Program-made: the position numbers and the translations under genes | Source of the DNA: Clostridia bacterium | GTDB lineage: Bacteria; Bacillota; Clostridia; UMGS1883; UMGS1540 | Length of the DNA stretch: 64,000 nt | Direction: 5' to 3' | NCBI GenBank assembly: GCA_045535515.1 | Contig: JAZSLT010000017.1 | Location: forward strand, 8,931-72,930 | Shown here: piece by piece, positions 24,800-34,546 of the stretch | Numbering within the stretch: position 1 is the first letter of the stretch | How the letters are laid out: every line of letters starts with the position of its first letter | Notes under the pieces: generated by a model | What the model was told of the DNA's origin: nothing | What the model saw: the letters and a program-made list of their open reading frames with translations, nothing else | Database searches by the model: none

Positions 24800-26647
24800 C
24801 TATGCCTTTTTCCCGAAATACAAAACGGACAGGGGCGGCAAGGACAACGAAATACTGTATTCAAGACCATGAAAGGGTATTTCTTCCGCCTCGGCACGCC
24901 TCGTTCCCATACCCCGACCGCCGTATTTTTTCTGGTCGGTAGAGAAAACGCACGCGTACTCGCCATCTTCGGGAACGCCTATGCGGTATGCAGAGCGCAG
25001 TACGGGGCAGAAATTGCAAACAACTATAATTTCCTCTCCCTTTCTGTCTATCCTTCTGAAGGCGATAACGCTCTGCCCCGCATCATCGTTGGCAATCCAG
25101 CGAAAGCCGTCCCAATCCGAATCATTTTCCCAAAAGGGTGCATTTTCGAGATAAAAATGGTTTAGCTCCCGCACAAAGGTCTGCATCTTGCGGTGCATGG
25201 GATAATCCAGCAGATGCCAATCGAGCGCCTTTTGAAAATCCCATTCGATAAACTGGGCAAACTCGCCGCCCATAAAGGTCAGCTTTTTCCCCGGATGCGC
25301 CATCATATAGGCATAAAACGCCCGCAGATTTTTGAATTTTTCCTCATATTCCCCCGGCATCTTGCCTATCAGGGAGCATTTTCCGTGCACCACCTCATCG
25401 TGCGAGAGGGGGAGAACGAAATTTTCGGAAAACGCATAGGTAAGCGAAAAGGTCAGGTGATGGTGCATGCCCTTTCTGAAAAGGGGGTCGGCCGACATGT
25501 AGGAAAGCATATCGTGCATCCATCCCATATTCCATTTGAAATTAAAGCCAAGGCCGCCGTCATACGGCGGCTTTGTAATCATGGGAAAGGCGGTGGATTC
25601 CTCCGCTATCATCAAAGCGGCGGGGTCCTCTGAAAAAGCGGCCGTGCAAAGCGATTGCAGAAAGGAAATGGCCTCTAAATTCTCATGTCCGCCATGTACA
25701 TTCGGGCGCCACTCTCCCTCCCTTTTCCCGTAATCGAGATACAGCATGGAGGCTACCGCGTCTACACGAAAGCCGTCGATATGGTAAATGCGTATCCAGA
25801 AAATAATATTGGAAATGAGAAAGGACATGACCTCTCTTCTGCCATAATCGAAAATACGAGTGTTCCAATCGGGATGCTCGTTTTTTAAGGGGTCGGCATA
25901 TTCATAGCAAAAATCGCCGTCAAATTCATAAAGGCCATGTTCGTCCTTGGGAAAATGCGCGCCTACCCAGTCTAAAATGACGCCGATGCCGTTTTGATGA
26001 CAGGTGTCCACAAAAAAGGCGAAATCCTCGGGCGTGCCGTAGCGTGAGGTAGGGGCATAGTAGCCTGTTACCTGATACCCCCAGGACGGGTCGAAGGGAT
26101 GCTCGGAAACGGGCATCAGCTCGATATGCGTATACCCCATATCCTTGGCATATTGCACAAGCCTTTTTGCGTGTTCGCGGTAGCTGTAAAAATGGCCGTC
26201 CTCGTACTTTTCCCATGAGCCGAGGTGCACCTCATAGATGTTCATCGGCATATTGCGCGGCTCCCTCGTTTTCTTTTCCGCCATATACGCCGCATCGTGC
26301 CAGGAAAAATGGGATATATCGTACACCTTGCTGGCGGTGTCCGGTCTTGTGGCGGCGTGGAAAGCGTAGGGGTCGCTTTTATAAACGGTTCTTTTCCCCT
26401 GTATGCGGTACTTATAATTATCATACACCGAAGCCTTGACATCGCCCGCCTCCCAGACGCCGCCGCCTATAGGCTGCATCGCGATTGCCTCTTTGTCCCA
26501 TGCCGTAAAATCACCTACGAGATGCACGCTCTCGGCATGCGGCGCCCACACGCGAAAGGTATATCCGTCTGCCGAAGGATGGCAGCCTAAAAATTCGTAT
26601 GCCCTTGTCGTCACTTCCGTCATAAAACACTTTGCTGTTTCTTGCAT
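24800..26647 (-). CDS. glgB: 1,4-alpha-glucan branching enzyme
   Basis: 615 aa GH13-type protein with DGFRVDAV, EESTAFP and a LPLSHDEVVHGK segment. Confidence 0.9.
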   Translation of the reverse strand: MQETAKCFMTEVTTRAYEFLGCHPSADGYTFRVWAPHAESVHLVGDFTAWDKEAIAMQPIGGGVWEAGDVKASVYDNYKYRIQGKRTVYKSDPYAFHAATRPDTASKVYDISHFSWHDAAYMAEKKTREPRNMPMNIYEVHLGSWEKYEDGHFYSYREHAKRLVQYAKDMGYTHIELMPVSEHPFDPSWGYQVTGYYAPTSRYGTPEDFAFFVDTCHQNGIGVILDWVGAHFPKDEHGLYEFDGDFCYEYADPLKNEHPDWNTRIFDYGRREVMSFLISNIIFWIRIYHIDGFRVDAVASMLYLDYGKREGEWRPNVHGGHENLEAISFLQSLCTAAFSEDPAALMIAEESTAFPMITKPPYDGGLGFNFKWNMGWMHDMLSYMSADPLFRKGMHHHLTFSLTYAFSENFVLPLSHDEVVHGKCSLIGKMPGEYEEKFKNLRAFYAYMMAHPGKKLTFMGGEFAQFIEWDFQKALDWHLLDYPMHRKMQTFVRELNHFYLENAPFWENDSDWDGFRWIANDDAGQSVIAFRRIDRKGEEIIVVCNFCPVLRSAYRIGVPEDGEYACVFSTDQKKYGGRGMGTRRAEAEEIPFHGLEYSISLSLPPLSVLYFGKKA

Positions 26648-26744
26648 TTTTTACGCCTCCCATACCAGTATACCACAAGCAGTTCCCTCGCGTCAAAGAT
26701 TATTTCCATTTTTTTCCATTTTCGTCCGACCTGCCAAAAACTTC

Positions 26745-26773
26745 TTGACTTCCAAAGCGTAAACCGATAAAAT
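26745..26773 (+). promoter_or_regulatory. Candidate sigma-A promoter
   Basis: TTGACT (26745-26750), 17 nt, TAAAAT (26768-26773), about 35 nt upstream of the ATG at 26808. Confidence 0.45.
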
Positions 26774-26807
26774 ATATCTACTACTATATGAAAAAGAGGA
26801 GCCAGCT

Positions 26808-27548
26808 ATGCGTATTTTGCTCATTCGCCACGGTGACCCCGATTATGCAAATGACACAGTTACGGAAAAAGGGAAAAAAGAGGTGCAGCTTTTAGCGGAC
26901 AGGTTGTCGAAGGAAAATATTGATGTTATCTACTGTTCGCCGCTGGGGCGCGCACAGGCCACCGCCGCGCCCACCGCCGAAAAAATCAAGAAGCCGGTGC
27001 ATACTCTGCCCTGGCTTGCCGAAATCGGTGCCGAATACGATATGGGCGACCAATATGTAGCGCCCTGGGATATATATCCGCATATCTGGACAGAGAATGA
27101 AAAGGTGGGCGATAAGGACACCTGGGCCACCTCCCCCATCTATGACGGATTTCCATTACGAGAAAAGGTGCAGGCGGTGGAGAAGGAGCTGGATGCCCTT
27201 CTCCTAAAGCATGGCTTTCGGCACCGCGGCCGCGTGTTTGAGGTATTGCCCGGTTTTGAAAAAAGCACCGAAACGATTGCTCTTTTTTGCCACATGGGAC
27301 TTGGAAATGTTCTCCTTTCCCATCTTGCAGGCATCAGCACGCCGCTTTGGTGGCACACGATGTTTCTGCCGCCCACATCTGTCACGACGGTTTATATGGA
27401 GCGGCATTGCCCCTCTATGCCGCTTGCGCTGGCACATTTTACCGGCGTAGGCGATATTTCTCACCTGTACGCCGCCGGCGAGCCGGCCAGTACCTCGGGG
27501 CTGAAGAATTGCCGCTCGGCCCTTTTTCCGCCCGAGCCGGAAAGATAA
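26808..27548 (+). CDS. Histidine phosphatase family protein (phosphoglycerate-mutase-like)
   Basis: N-terminal RHGDPDY (RHG catalytic motif). 246 aa. GAGGAG ribosome-binding site. Confidence 0.75.
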   Translation: MRILLIRHGDPDYANDTVTEKGKKEVQLLADRLSKENIDVIYCSPLGRAQATAAPTAEKIKKPVHTLPWLAEIGAEYDMGDQYVAPWDIYPHIWTENEKVGDKDTWATSPIYDGFPLREKVQAVEKELDALLLKHGFRHRGRVFEVLPGFEKSTETIALFCHMGLGNVLLSHLAGISTPLWWHTMFLPPTSVTTVYMERHCPSMPLALAHFTGVGDISHLYAAGEPASTSGLKNCRSALFPPEPER

Positions 27549-27574
27549 TTTACTTTATTTAACGGAGGTGCCGT

Positions 27575-28249
27575 ATGTCCCAAGGCAAAGATTTTTCCAA
27601 TATGACTTTAGAAGAGCTTTCCGCGATTGTTTCCCAGCGGCCAGGCAAGGCATACACCCGCGAAGAGCTTTCCGCCGCGCGCACCGCGTTCCTTACTATG
27701 CTCGGCATGGAAAGCGAACCCCCCGCGCCGGAGGAAAAGGCGGAAATGGCCGAAGAGGCGGCAGACGATGCACAGGCCAAAACGCTCCCGGAGGCCAGCG
27801 CGCACGAGGCAGAAGCTCCCCCGCGGCGCAAAAGGAGCTTTTCCAAAAGGGAAAGCCGCCCCTTCCTCTTTTTCTATCGTTTATATGCCTATTTTCTTTT
27901 GCCCCTTCTGGTGCTGGAGGCACTCTTTTTACTTTTGGGCGGCGTGACGGCGGCCGTGTTTGTCCCCGACATTCCTTTTTTGTTTTTGCATGTTGTATGC
28001 GCCGTTTTGTATACGATGCTCCTCACGCTTTCGTGGCACCAGTTTTTGCATCGCACACGGTGCGGTCTTGTATTAAATCGGGGTGTGCTTTTTGCCGGTA
28101 TTCTGCGCGGAATTTTATCGTTTTATGCCCCAGGCGGTTTTGTATGCGGATTTCTTTTCGTGGCCGTATTTTCGTTTCTTTTCCTGTTTTTCCTCGGCTA
28201 CGAGCATGCCTTTACTATGCCATCTCCAAAGAAATCGCGTGGGCGATAG
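27575..28249 (+). CDS. Hypothetical membrane protein
   Basis: 224 aa with an acidic/Ala-rich N-terminal region followed by about 4 hydrophobic segments. No recognisable family. Its 3' end overlaps the spoVAD 3' end by 35 nt (convergent). Confidence 0.5.
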   Translation: MSQGKDFSNMTLEELSAIVSQRPGKAYTREELSAARTAFLTMLGMESEPPAPEEKAEMAEEAADDAQAKTLPEASAHEAEAPPRRKRSFSKRESRPFLFFYRLYAYFLLPLLVLEALFLLLGGVTAAVFVPDIPFLFLHVVCAVLYTMLLTLSWHQFLHRTRCGLVLNRGVLFAGILRGILSFYAPGGFVCGFLFVAVFSFLFLFFLGYEHAFTMPSPKKSRGR

Positions 28250-29228
28250 CCGGAATGCTTTCGCCTTGCAGCGTGGTAGTGGGCGATAAAAGGGCGCCGG
28301 TTGCGACAAACAGCAATCGGCGTATTTTTTTCTGCTCCATCCGCGGCAGAAAATGTCCGCAAAGCACGCTGGCACCACAGCCGCAACCGCTTCCGCCGGC
28401 ATGGGTGTCCTGTTTTTTACTGTCGAAAATCATCATGCCGCAGTCCTTGTAATTTTCGCCGAAGGCATACCCCTTCTTATCGAGAAGCTCCGCCGCAATT
28501 TCCCGGCCCACGGCGCCGAGGTCACCCGATACAATCACATCATAATCGCAAGGTGTACGCCCCGTATCTTCAAAATGGGCGCACACCGTAGACACAAAGG
28601 CCGGTGCCATCGCGGCGCCCATATTGTTGGCATCCTGTATGCCCATATCCTCTATCCGCCCTGTTGTCGCATGGGTAATCCGTACCTTGCCGCCCATGCC
28701 TACTGCCACCGCGCCGCAGCCTGTCACCGTCCACTGGGCACCGGGCGGACGCTGCCCGCCGTATTCCAGCGGAAAGCGGTACTGCTTCTCGGCCGAGCAA
28801 AAATGGCTGCCGGCCGCGGCTACAACATTTCCGGCATAGCCGCCGTCTACCAGCATGGCCGCTATCGTAAGGCCTTCCGCCATCGTGGAGCAGGCGCCGT
28901 AAATGCCGAGATAGGGAACGCCAAGCGAGCGAAGGCCAAAGCTGGAGGCGGTGCATTGATTTAAAAGGTCTCCCGCCACCATGAAGTTCACCTTTTCGGG
29001 GGAAAGCTCCGATTTTTTAAGACATTCGTTTACGGCCTTTGTAAACAGCATGCTCTCCGCTTTTTCCCAGCTTTCCTGCCCGAGCATCGGGTCCGTTTCC
29101 ACATTGTCGAAATCGCTTCCCAGCGGTCCCTCCGCTTCCTTCGGGCCTACCACAGCCGCACTCCCGATAATGGAGGGTGCGGCGGTAAATTCTATCGTTT
29201 GTCCGCCTTTTCGTTTCGTTTCGTTCAT
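28215..29228 (-). CDS. spoVAD: Stage V sporulation protein AD
   Basis: 337 aa thiolase-fold-like SpoVAD pattern (GPKEAEGPL, GIYGACST, GGSGCGC). Start moved to the ATG at 29228, which follows AGGAGGAAGG. Confidence 0.85.
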   Translation of the reverse strand: MNETKRKGGQTIEFTAAPSIIGSAAVVGPKEAEGPLGSDFDNVETDPMLGQESWEKAESMLFTKAVNECLKKSELSPEKVNFMVAGDLLNQCTASSFGLRSLGVPYLGIYGACSTMAEGLTIAAMLVDGGYAGNVVAAAGSHFCSAEKQYRFPLEYGGQRPPGAQWTVTGCGAVAVGMGGKVRITHATTGRIEDMGIQDANNMGAAMAPAFVSTVCAHFEDTGRTPCDYDVIVSGDLGAVGREIAAELLDKKGYAFGENYKDCGMMIFDSKKQDTHAGGSGCGCGASVLCGHFLPRMEQKKIRRLLFVATGALLSPTTTLQGESIPAIAHAISLEMA

Positions 29229-29238
29229 TTCCTTCCTC

Positions 29239-29673
29239 CTATAGCAAAAACAGATAATACACGATGCCTGCCAATACGGAGGAAACAATCCCGTAGGTAA
29301 TAACCGGCCCTGCCACCACAAACATTTTGGCACCCACGCCCAGAATATACCCTTCGGTTTTAAACTCGATGGCCGGTGCGGCAATCGCATTGGCAAAGCC
29401 GGTAATGGGAACAATCGTTCCGGCACCGGCATATTTGGCTATACTGTCGTACACATCAAGACCCGTCAGAAGAATGCTCAGGAAGATAAGCGTACAGCTG
29501 ACGGCCGTAGCCGCCTCTCTGGTGTCCAGTCCCCTTCCCGCAAAAAAGGTTCCGAGGCCTTGCCCGATAGCGCAAATGGTGCCGCCCACCAAAAAGGCAA
29601 ACAGCATGTTTTTCCCCAGAGGGGAATCGGGCGTGTGCTTTTTGGCATAACGGTCATACTCTGTTTTCTGCAT
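29239..29673 (-). CDS. spoVAC: Stage V sporulation protein AC
   Basis: 144 aa membrane protein with FLVGGTICAIGQ and GAGTIVPITGFAN motifs. Confidence 0.85.
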   Translation of the reverse strand: MQKTEYDRYAKKHTPDSPLGKNMLFAFLVGGTICAIGQGLGTFFAGRGLDTREAATAVSCTLIFLSILLTGLDVYDSIAKYAGAGTIVPITGFANAIAAPAIEFKTEGYILGVGAKMFVVAGPVITYGIVSSVLAGIVYYLFLL

Positions 29674-29803
29674 AAACTGCCTCCCTCACAAAAACAGCGC
29701 CAGCCTCTTTTTCAGCCTTATTTTGCGATAAGACCGCGCCCCTAAGAGCCAGAATCAGGAGCAAAAGCGCTGCTAATAAAAATATTTTCGTTTTTTTCTG
29801 CAT
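29654..29803 (-). CDS. Possible 49-aa small membrane or signal-peptide-like ORF overlapping the spoVAC start
   Basis: The translation is MQKKTKIFLLAALLLLILALRGAVLSQNKAEKEAGAVFVREAVYAENRV. The ribosome-binding site is weak (GGTGAT). It is not in the ORF track because it is shorter than 60 aa. Confidence 0.25.
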   Translation of the reverse strand: MQKKTKIFLLAALLLLILALRGAVLSQNKAEKEAGAVFVREAVYAENRV

Positions 29804-29928
29804 ATATATCACCGCTATTAGTTTTGCAAAATACCGGGAAGTTATGCGGAAAGAAAATGTATTATTTTTTTCAAAGATGGTGCAGGCACGGTTTGGCGCA
29901 TCATAAAAAAGAAAACAGGCGCTTTTGC

Positions 29929-29957
29929 TTGACTTTTTATCGTTTCTGTGCTATAAT
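29929..29957 (+). promoter_or_regulatory. Sigma-A promoter with extended -10 upstream of cysS
   Basis: TTGACT (29929-29934), 17 nt, TGcTATAAT (29949-29957). Confidence 0.7.
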
Positions 29958-29974
29958 GTGGAAAAAGAAATTGT

Positions 29975-30007
29975 CTTGCCCGCAAACAGAGGCCGGGCAA
30001 GGTTTTT
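29975..30007 (+). terminator. Terminator-like hairpin inside the short cysS leader
   Basis: CTTGCCCG-11 nt-CGGGCAAG followed by GTTTTT, about 10 nt after the predicted transcription start and 32 nt before the ATG. Confidence 0.45.
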
Positions 30008-30038
30008 GCGTGCAAAAATTCGAAAGGGACGGTGCTTT

Positions 30039-31412
30039 ATGCAGCTTTATAATACCATGACAAGGCAGAAGGAAACCTTCGTTCCGCTCGTGCCGGGCGA
30101 AGTAAAAATGTATTCCTGCGGGCCGACGGTTTACAACTATTTCCACATCGGCAACGCGCGCCCCTTTATTGTGTTTGACACGCTTCGCCGCTACCTCCGC
30201 TATCTCGGCTATCGCGTAACCTTTGTGCAGAACTTCACGGATGTAGATGATAAGCTTATCCGCCGCGCCGAGGAAGAGGGGACGACGGTGGAGCAGCTGG
30301 CCGAAAAATATATTGAAGCTTACTTTGAAGATGCCGGTGCGCTGGGCATTGAGAAGGCCACCCACCATCCGCGTGCTACGGAGAATATTGATGCGATTAT
30401 TGCCCTTGTATCGGATTTAATCGAAAAAGGCTTTGCCTACGAGGTGGACGGCGATGTTTATTTCTCCACCAAAAAATTCAAAGGCTACGGAAAGCTCAGC
30501 CACCAGCCGCTGGAGGAGCTTGTGTCCGGCGCGCGCATCAGCGTAGATGAGCGAAAAGAGGACCCCTTAGATTTTGCCCTTTGGAAAAAGCGCAAGACGG
30601 AAAGCGAAATCGCATGGGAAAGCCCGTGGGGCATGGGCAGACCGGGCTGGCATATTGAATGTTCAGCCATGGCCGGCCGTTTCCTCGGCGAAACGATTGA
30701 CATTCACAGCGGCGGCAAGGACCTTATCTTCCCCCATCACGAAAACGAAATTGCCCAGAGCGAATGTGCGCATGACGGCGCTCCCTTTGCGCGGTATTGG
30801 CTCCATAACGGTTACATAAACATTGACAATGTAAAAATGTCAAAATCCAAAGGAAACTTCTTCACCGTCCGGGATATTACGGCAAAGTATGCGCCCGAGG
30901 TGGTTCGTTTCTTCATGCTATCGGCCCATTATCGCAGTCCCATCAATTTCAGCGATGATTTAATGGCGGCCGCCAAAACGGGGCTTGACAGATTGTATGC
31001 CGTAAAGGAACGGCTTTCCGCCCTGCCTAAAGGCGAGGGTGCGCTCCCTTCGGAGGTAGAAGAAAAGAGAAACAAGTTCCTCGCGGCTATGGATGATGAT
31101 TTGAATACGGCCGATGCTATCGCCGCCCTTTTTGAAATGACGCGTGCGATTAACATTCTTCTCGATAATGGTGGTGCGGATGCCGCGGGGGCTTGCCTTG
31201 CCTGTCTTATGGAGCTTGCCGATATATTGGGCATTCTTTCCGGCCGAGAGGCGGAGGAGGCAGACGAGGCGGTGGAGGCTCTTATTCAGGAGCGTCAGGC
31301 CGCAAGACGCGATAAAAACTTTGCCCGCGCTGATGAAATCCGCGCCCAGCTTCTCGAAATGGGCATTGTGCTAGAAGATACACGAGAGGGCGTAAAATGG
31401 CACAGAGCATAA
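30039..31412 (+). CDS. cysS: Cysteine--tRNA ligase
   Basis: Contains HIGNARP (HIGH) and KMSKSKGN (KMSKS) motifs. Start moved to the ATG at 30039. Confidence 0.9.
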   Translation: MQLYNTMTRQKETFVPLVPGEVKMYSCGPTVYNYFHIGNARPFIVFDTLRRYLRYLGYRVTFVQNFTDVDDKLIRRAEEEGTTVEQLAEKYIEAYFEDAGALGIEKATHHPRATENIDAIIALVSDLIEKGFAYEVDGDVYFSTKKFKGYGKLSHQPLEELVSGARISVDERKEDPLDFALWKKRKTESEIAWESPWGMGRPGWHIECSAMAGRFLGETIDIHSGGKDLIFPHHENEIAQSECAHDGAPFARYWLHNGYINIDNVKMSKSKGNFFTVRDITAKYAPEVVRFFMLSAHYRSPINFSDDLMAAAKTGLDRLYAVKERLSALPKGEGALPSEVEEKRNKFLAAMDDDLNTADAIAALFEMTRAINILLDNGGADAAGACLACLMELADILGILSGREAEEADEAVEALIQERQAARRDKNFARADEIRAQLLEMGIVLEDTREGVKWHRA

Positions 31413-31786
31413 ATGCACCCCTGACGCTTGCCTTCATAGGCGACGCGGTATATGGCTTATATATGCGGAAAAAGCTGGCCGAGGAAGGGCCGGAGAAGGT
31501 AAATGTTTTGCACAAAAAGGCTTCTCGCCTCGTTTGTGCAAAGGCGCAGTTTCTGGCTATGCAGCATCTAACGCCTCTCCTTTCCGAGGAGGAGCTTTCG
31601 GTCTTTCGCCACGGGCGAAATGCAAAATCCGCCACCATCCCGAAGCACGCAGAGGTTATTCATTACCGCCATGCGACGGGGCTGGAGGCGCTGGTCGGCT
31701 TTTTATACTTAGAAAAAAGAGAGGAAAGGCTTTCTTTTCTTCTGGAAGAGGTGTTTCATTATCTCCATGACCTTGAAGATTTGTAA
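31397..31786 (+). CDS. mrnC: Mini-ribonuclease III
   Basis: 129 aa with LAFIGDAVYGLYMR and the ATGLEALVGFLYL RNase III-like signature. It overlaps the cysS end, a typical cysS-mrnC arrangement. Confidence 0.85.
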   Translation: MAQSINAPLTLAFIGDAVYGLYMRKKLAEEGPEKVNVLHKKASRLVCAKAQFLAMQHLTPLLSEEELSVFRHGRNAKSATIPKHAEVIHYRHATGLEALVGFLYLEKREERLSFLLEEVFHYLHDLEDL

Positions 31787-32624
31787 AGACATATTTTTCA
31801 TATTCCTAGGCGCGTTTTTTGCCGCCTTTGCGCTAAACTTCTTTCTTCTGCCCCACCACATTGCCCCCGGCGGCGTAACAAGCCTTGCGGATATGCTTTC
31901 GTCCGCGTTTGGTCTTTCGGTGGGTACATGGTTTGCGCTGATTAACATTCCGCTGTTTATTATGGGCCTGCGGGTAATCGGCAGAGAATTTTTTATCAAA
32001 AGCATCCTCGGCATGGTGGCGAATGCCGTTTTGATTGACCTACTTGGAAAGGTGGATGCTTCCTTTTTAGGTCTCGAAAATGACCTTATTATTTCGGCTA
32101 TTTTCGGGGGACTTTTTATTGGGCTCGGGTACGGCTTAGTTCTTCGCCAGGGCGGCTCCTCGGGCGGCACCGACATTCTGGGACTGCTCATCAAATCCAA
32201 AAACCCCTCGCTCCAGCTTGGCCGCGCCATTTTAATCTGTGACCTTTTGATTATCGCCTTGCAGGGCGTTGTATACGGCAACATCAAGCTCTGTCTGTAC
32301 GCCGTAATTGCCATGTTTCTGTCAAGCCGCATGGTCGATATTTTAAACGAAGGCGGTCTGGCAACGAAGTTTACCTATATCATCAGCGCCAAAAGTGAAG
32401 AAATTGCGCGCCGCATTATGGAAGAGACAGGGCGCGGCGTTACGAAGCTTGACGGTGTGGGTATGTATACGAATGAAAATCGTGCCGTACTGCTTTGTAC
32501 CATGTACCGCTACGATATGCCCGTCATCAAAAAAATTATAAGAGAAATTGACCCCGGTGCCTTTGTGGTCATCAGCGATGTCCGCGAGGTTAACGGCGAG
32601 GGGTTTCACCCCTTGAAAGCTTAG
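31767..32624 (+). CDS. YitT-family membrane protein (with C-terminal DUF2179-like domain)
   Basis: 285 aa with the N-terminal FLLPHHIAPGGVTS motif, multiple TM segments, and a C-terminal soluble domain ending VREVNGEGF. Confidence 0.7.
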   Translation: MTLKICKDIFFIFLGAFFAAFALNFFLLPHHIAPGGVTSLADMLSSAFGLSVGTWFALINIPLFIMGLRVIGREFFIKSILGMVANAVLIDLLGKVDASFLGLENDLIISAIFGGLFIGLGYGLVLRQGGSSGGTDILGLLIKSKNPSLQLGRAILICDLLIIALQGVVYGNIKLCLYAVIAMFLSSRMVDILNEGGLATKFTYIISAKSEEIARRIMEETGRGVTKLDGVGMYTNENRAVLLCTMYRYDMPVIKKIIREIDPGAFVVISDVREVNGEGFHPLKA

Positions 32625-32679
32625 CTTTTTCCCGCCTTATAAAGGGCGGAAAATATAGATTTGAAAGGATGCGAAAGTT

Positions 32680-33513
32680 TTGGAAAATTCCAAGAAAGAA
32701 ATGCTGGCTGAAAAGGCCAATCACATTCGCCAGCACATCGTAACGGAGGTACACAGTGCCGGCGCAGGACATCCCGGCGGCTCTTTGGGTATCGCCGACA
32801 TTATGGCCTATCTCTATTTTGATGTCATGAACATCGACCCGAAAAATCCGAAGAAGGAGGACCGCGACCGCTTCGTTTTGTCGAAGGGACATTGTGCCCC
32901 TGCCCTGTACGGCACGCTCGCAGAGCGCGGCTACTTCCCGACAGAGGACCTTGTGGGCTTCCGTAATGCAAGCAGCTATCTCGAAGGTCACCCGGATATG
33001 AAGGGTGTTCCCGGCGTAGATATGTCCAGCGGCTCGCTCGGTCAGGGCATCTGTGCCGCAAACGGCATGGCACTCGCCGCTAAAATTGACAAGAAGGATT
33101 ACCGCGTGTATTCCATTTTGGGTGACGGTGAAATTGAAGAAGGTCAGGTATGGGAGGCCGCTATGTTTGCCGCGCATTACCAGCTTGACAATCTGACCGC
33201 TTTTGTTGACTTTAACGGTCTGCAGATTGACGGCGATATTACAAAGGTTATGAACCCCACCCCCATTGACAAGAAGTTTGAGGCGTTTGGCTGGCATGTT
33301 GTATATGCCGATGCCCACGATTTCGATTCTCTCGAAAAGGCCGTAAACGAAGCGAAGGCCACGAAGGGCAAGCCCACCGTTGTTATTGCCACGAGCATTA
33401 AGGGCAAGGGCGTTTCCTACATGGAAGGACAAGCCGGCTGGCATGGCAAGGCCCCGAATGACGAAGAATACGCAATCGCTATGAAAGAGTTAGGAGGAGT
33501 TTGCAATGGCTGA
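32680..33513 (+). CDS. Transketolase, N-terminal (TPP-binding) subunit
   Basis: Contains GHPGGSLG, SKGHCAPALY and GDGEIEEGQVWEA. The start is uncertain (TTG at 32680 or ATG at 32701). Confidence 0.85.
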   Translation: MENSKKEMLAEKANHIRQHIVTEVHSAGAGHPGGSLGIADIMAYLYFDVMNIDPKNPKKEDRDRFVLSKGHCAPALYGTLAERGYFPTEDLVGFRNASSYLEGHPDMKGVPGVDMSSGSLGQGICAANGMALAAKIDKKDYRVYSILGDGEIEEGQVWEAAMFAAHYQLDNLTAFVDFNGLQIDGDITKVMNPTPIDKKFEAFGWHVVYADAHDFDSLEKAVNEAKATKGKPTVVIATSIKGKGVSYMEGQAGWHGKAPNDEEYAIAMKELGGVCNG

Positions 33514-34450
33514 GAAGAAAGCAACAAGAGAAGCTTACGGCGAAGCGCTGGCTGAATTCGGCGCAAAATATAATTATGTAGTTTTGGATGCTGACCTTTC
33601 CAAGTCCACCAAGACGGATTGTTTTAAAAAGGTGTTCCCGGAACGCTTTTTCAACATGGGTATTGCAGAAGCAAATATGATGACAACGGCTGCCGGTCTT
33701 GCCGCTGCCGGTAAAACCGTTTTTGCAAGCTCGTTTGCTGTTTTTGCCTCCGGCAGAGCCTTTGAGCAAATCAGAAACGCCATCTGCTATCCCCATCTCA
33801 ATGTAAAAATCGGTGCTACCCACGCCGGCATTTCTGTCGGTGAGGACGGCCCTACCCATCAGGCGATTGAAGATATCGCCTTGATGCGCGCTCTGCCGGG
33901 TATGACGGTTATCAGCCCTGCTGATGCTACAGAATCCCGTGCAGCCGTACAGGCCGCTATTGAAAATGACGGTCCCTTCTACCTTCGTTTCGGCCGTCTG
34001 TCTGTTCCCCAGATTTTTGACCCTGCCTCCTACAAGTTTGAACTGGGACGCGGTATTGTCCTTTCCGAGGGTACAGATGTTACGATTATTGCTACCGGTC
34101 TTATGGTACAGGAAGCGATTGACGCCGGCAAGATTCTGGCCGAGCAGGGCATTTCTGCCGAAGTTATCAACATCCATACCATAAAGCCTATTGACGCGGA
34201 GCTGATTACAAAGAGCGCAAAGAAAACAGGTGCCGTTGTAACGGCAGAAGAACACAACATCATCGGCGGCCTCGGCTCTGCGGTGGCGGAGGTTCTTTCT
34301 GAAAACGCACCCACACCGCTGACGCGTGTAGGTATTATGGACAAATTCGGTAAGAGCGGCAAGCCTGCGGCCCTTCTCGAAATGTATGGCCTTACTGCAA
34401 AGAATATTGCGGCAAAGGCTATCGAAACCATCGCAAAGAAAAACGCATAA
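33506..34450 (+). CDS. Transketolase, C-terminal (pyrimidine-binding) subunit
   Basis: 314 aa with FNMGIAEANMM and GPTHQAIEDIA. Confidence 0.85.
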   Translation: MAEKKATREAYGEALAEFGAKYNYVVLDADLSKSTKTDCFKKVFPERFFNMGIAEANMMTTAAGLAAAGKTVFASSFAVFASGRAFEQIRNAICYPHLNVKIGATHAGISVGEDGPTHQAIEDIALMRALPGMTVISPADATESRAAVQAAIENDGPFYLRFGRLSVPQIFDPASYKFELGRGIVLSEGTDVTIIATGLMVQEAIDAGKILAEQGISAEVINIHTIKPIDAELITKSAKKTGAVVTAEEHNIIGGLGSAVAEVLSENAPTPLTRVGIMDKFGKSGKPAALLEMYGLTAKNIAAKAIETIAKKNA

Positions 34451-34546
34451 GAAAAACAGATATAGGGGCTGTATCACAAGGCGCGCTTTATGTGGTCAGG
34501 CATTGTGACACAGCCCTTTTTCTTTTCAGAACAAAGGAGGATTCTG

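Noticed and set aside
29925-30038. A T-box riboswitch upstream of cysS.
   Set aside because: The leader between the predicted transcription start and the ATG is only about 75 nt. There is no T-box sequence (GGTGGTACCGCG-like) and no stem-I features.
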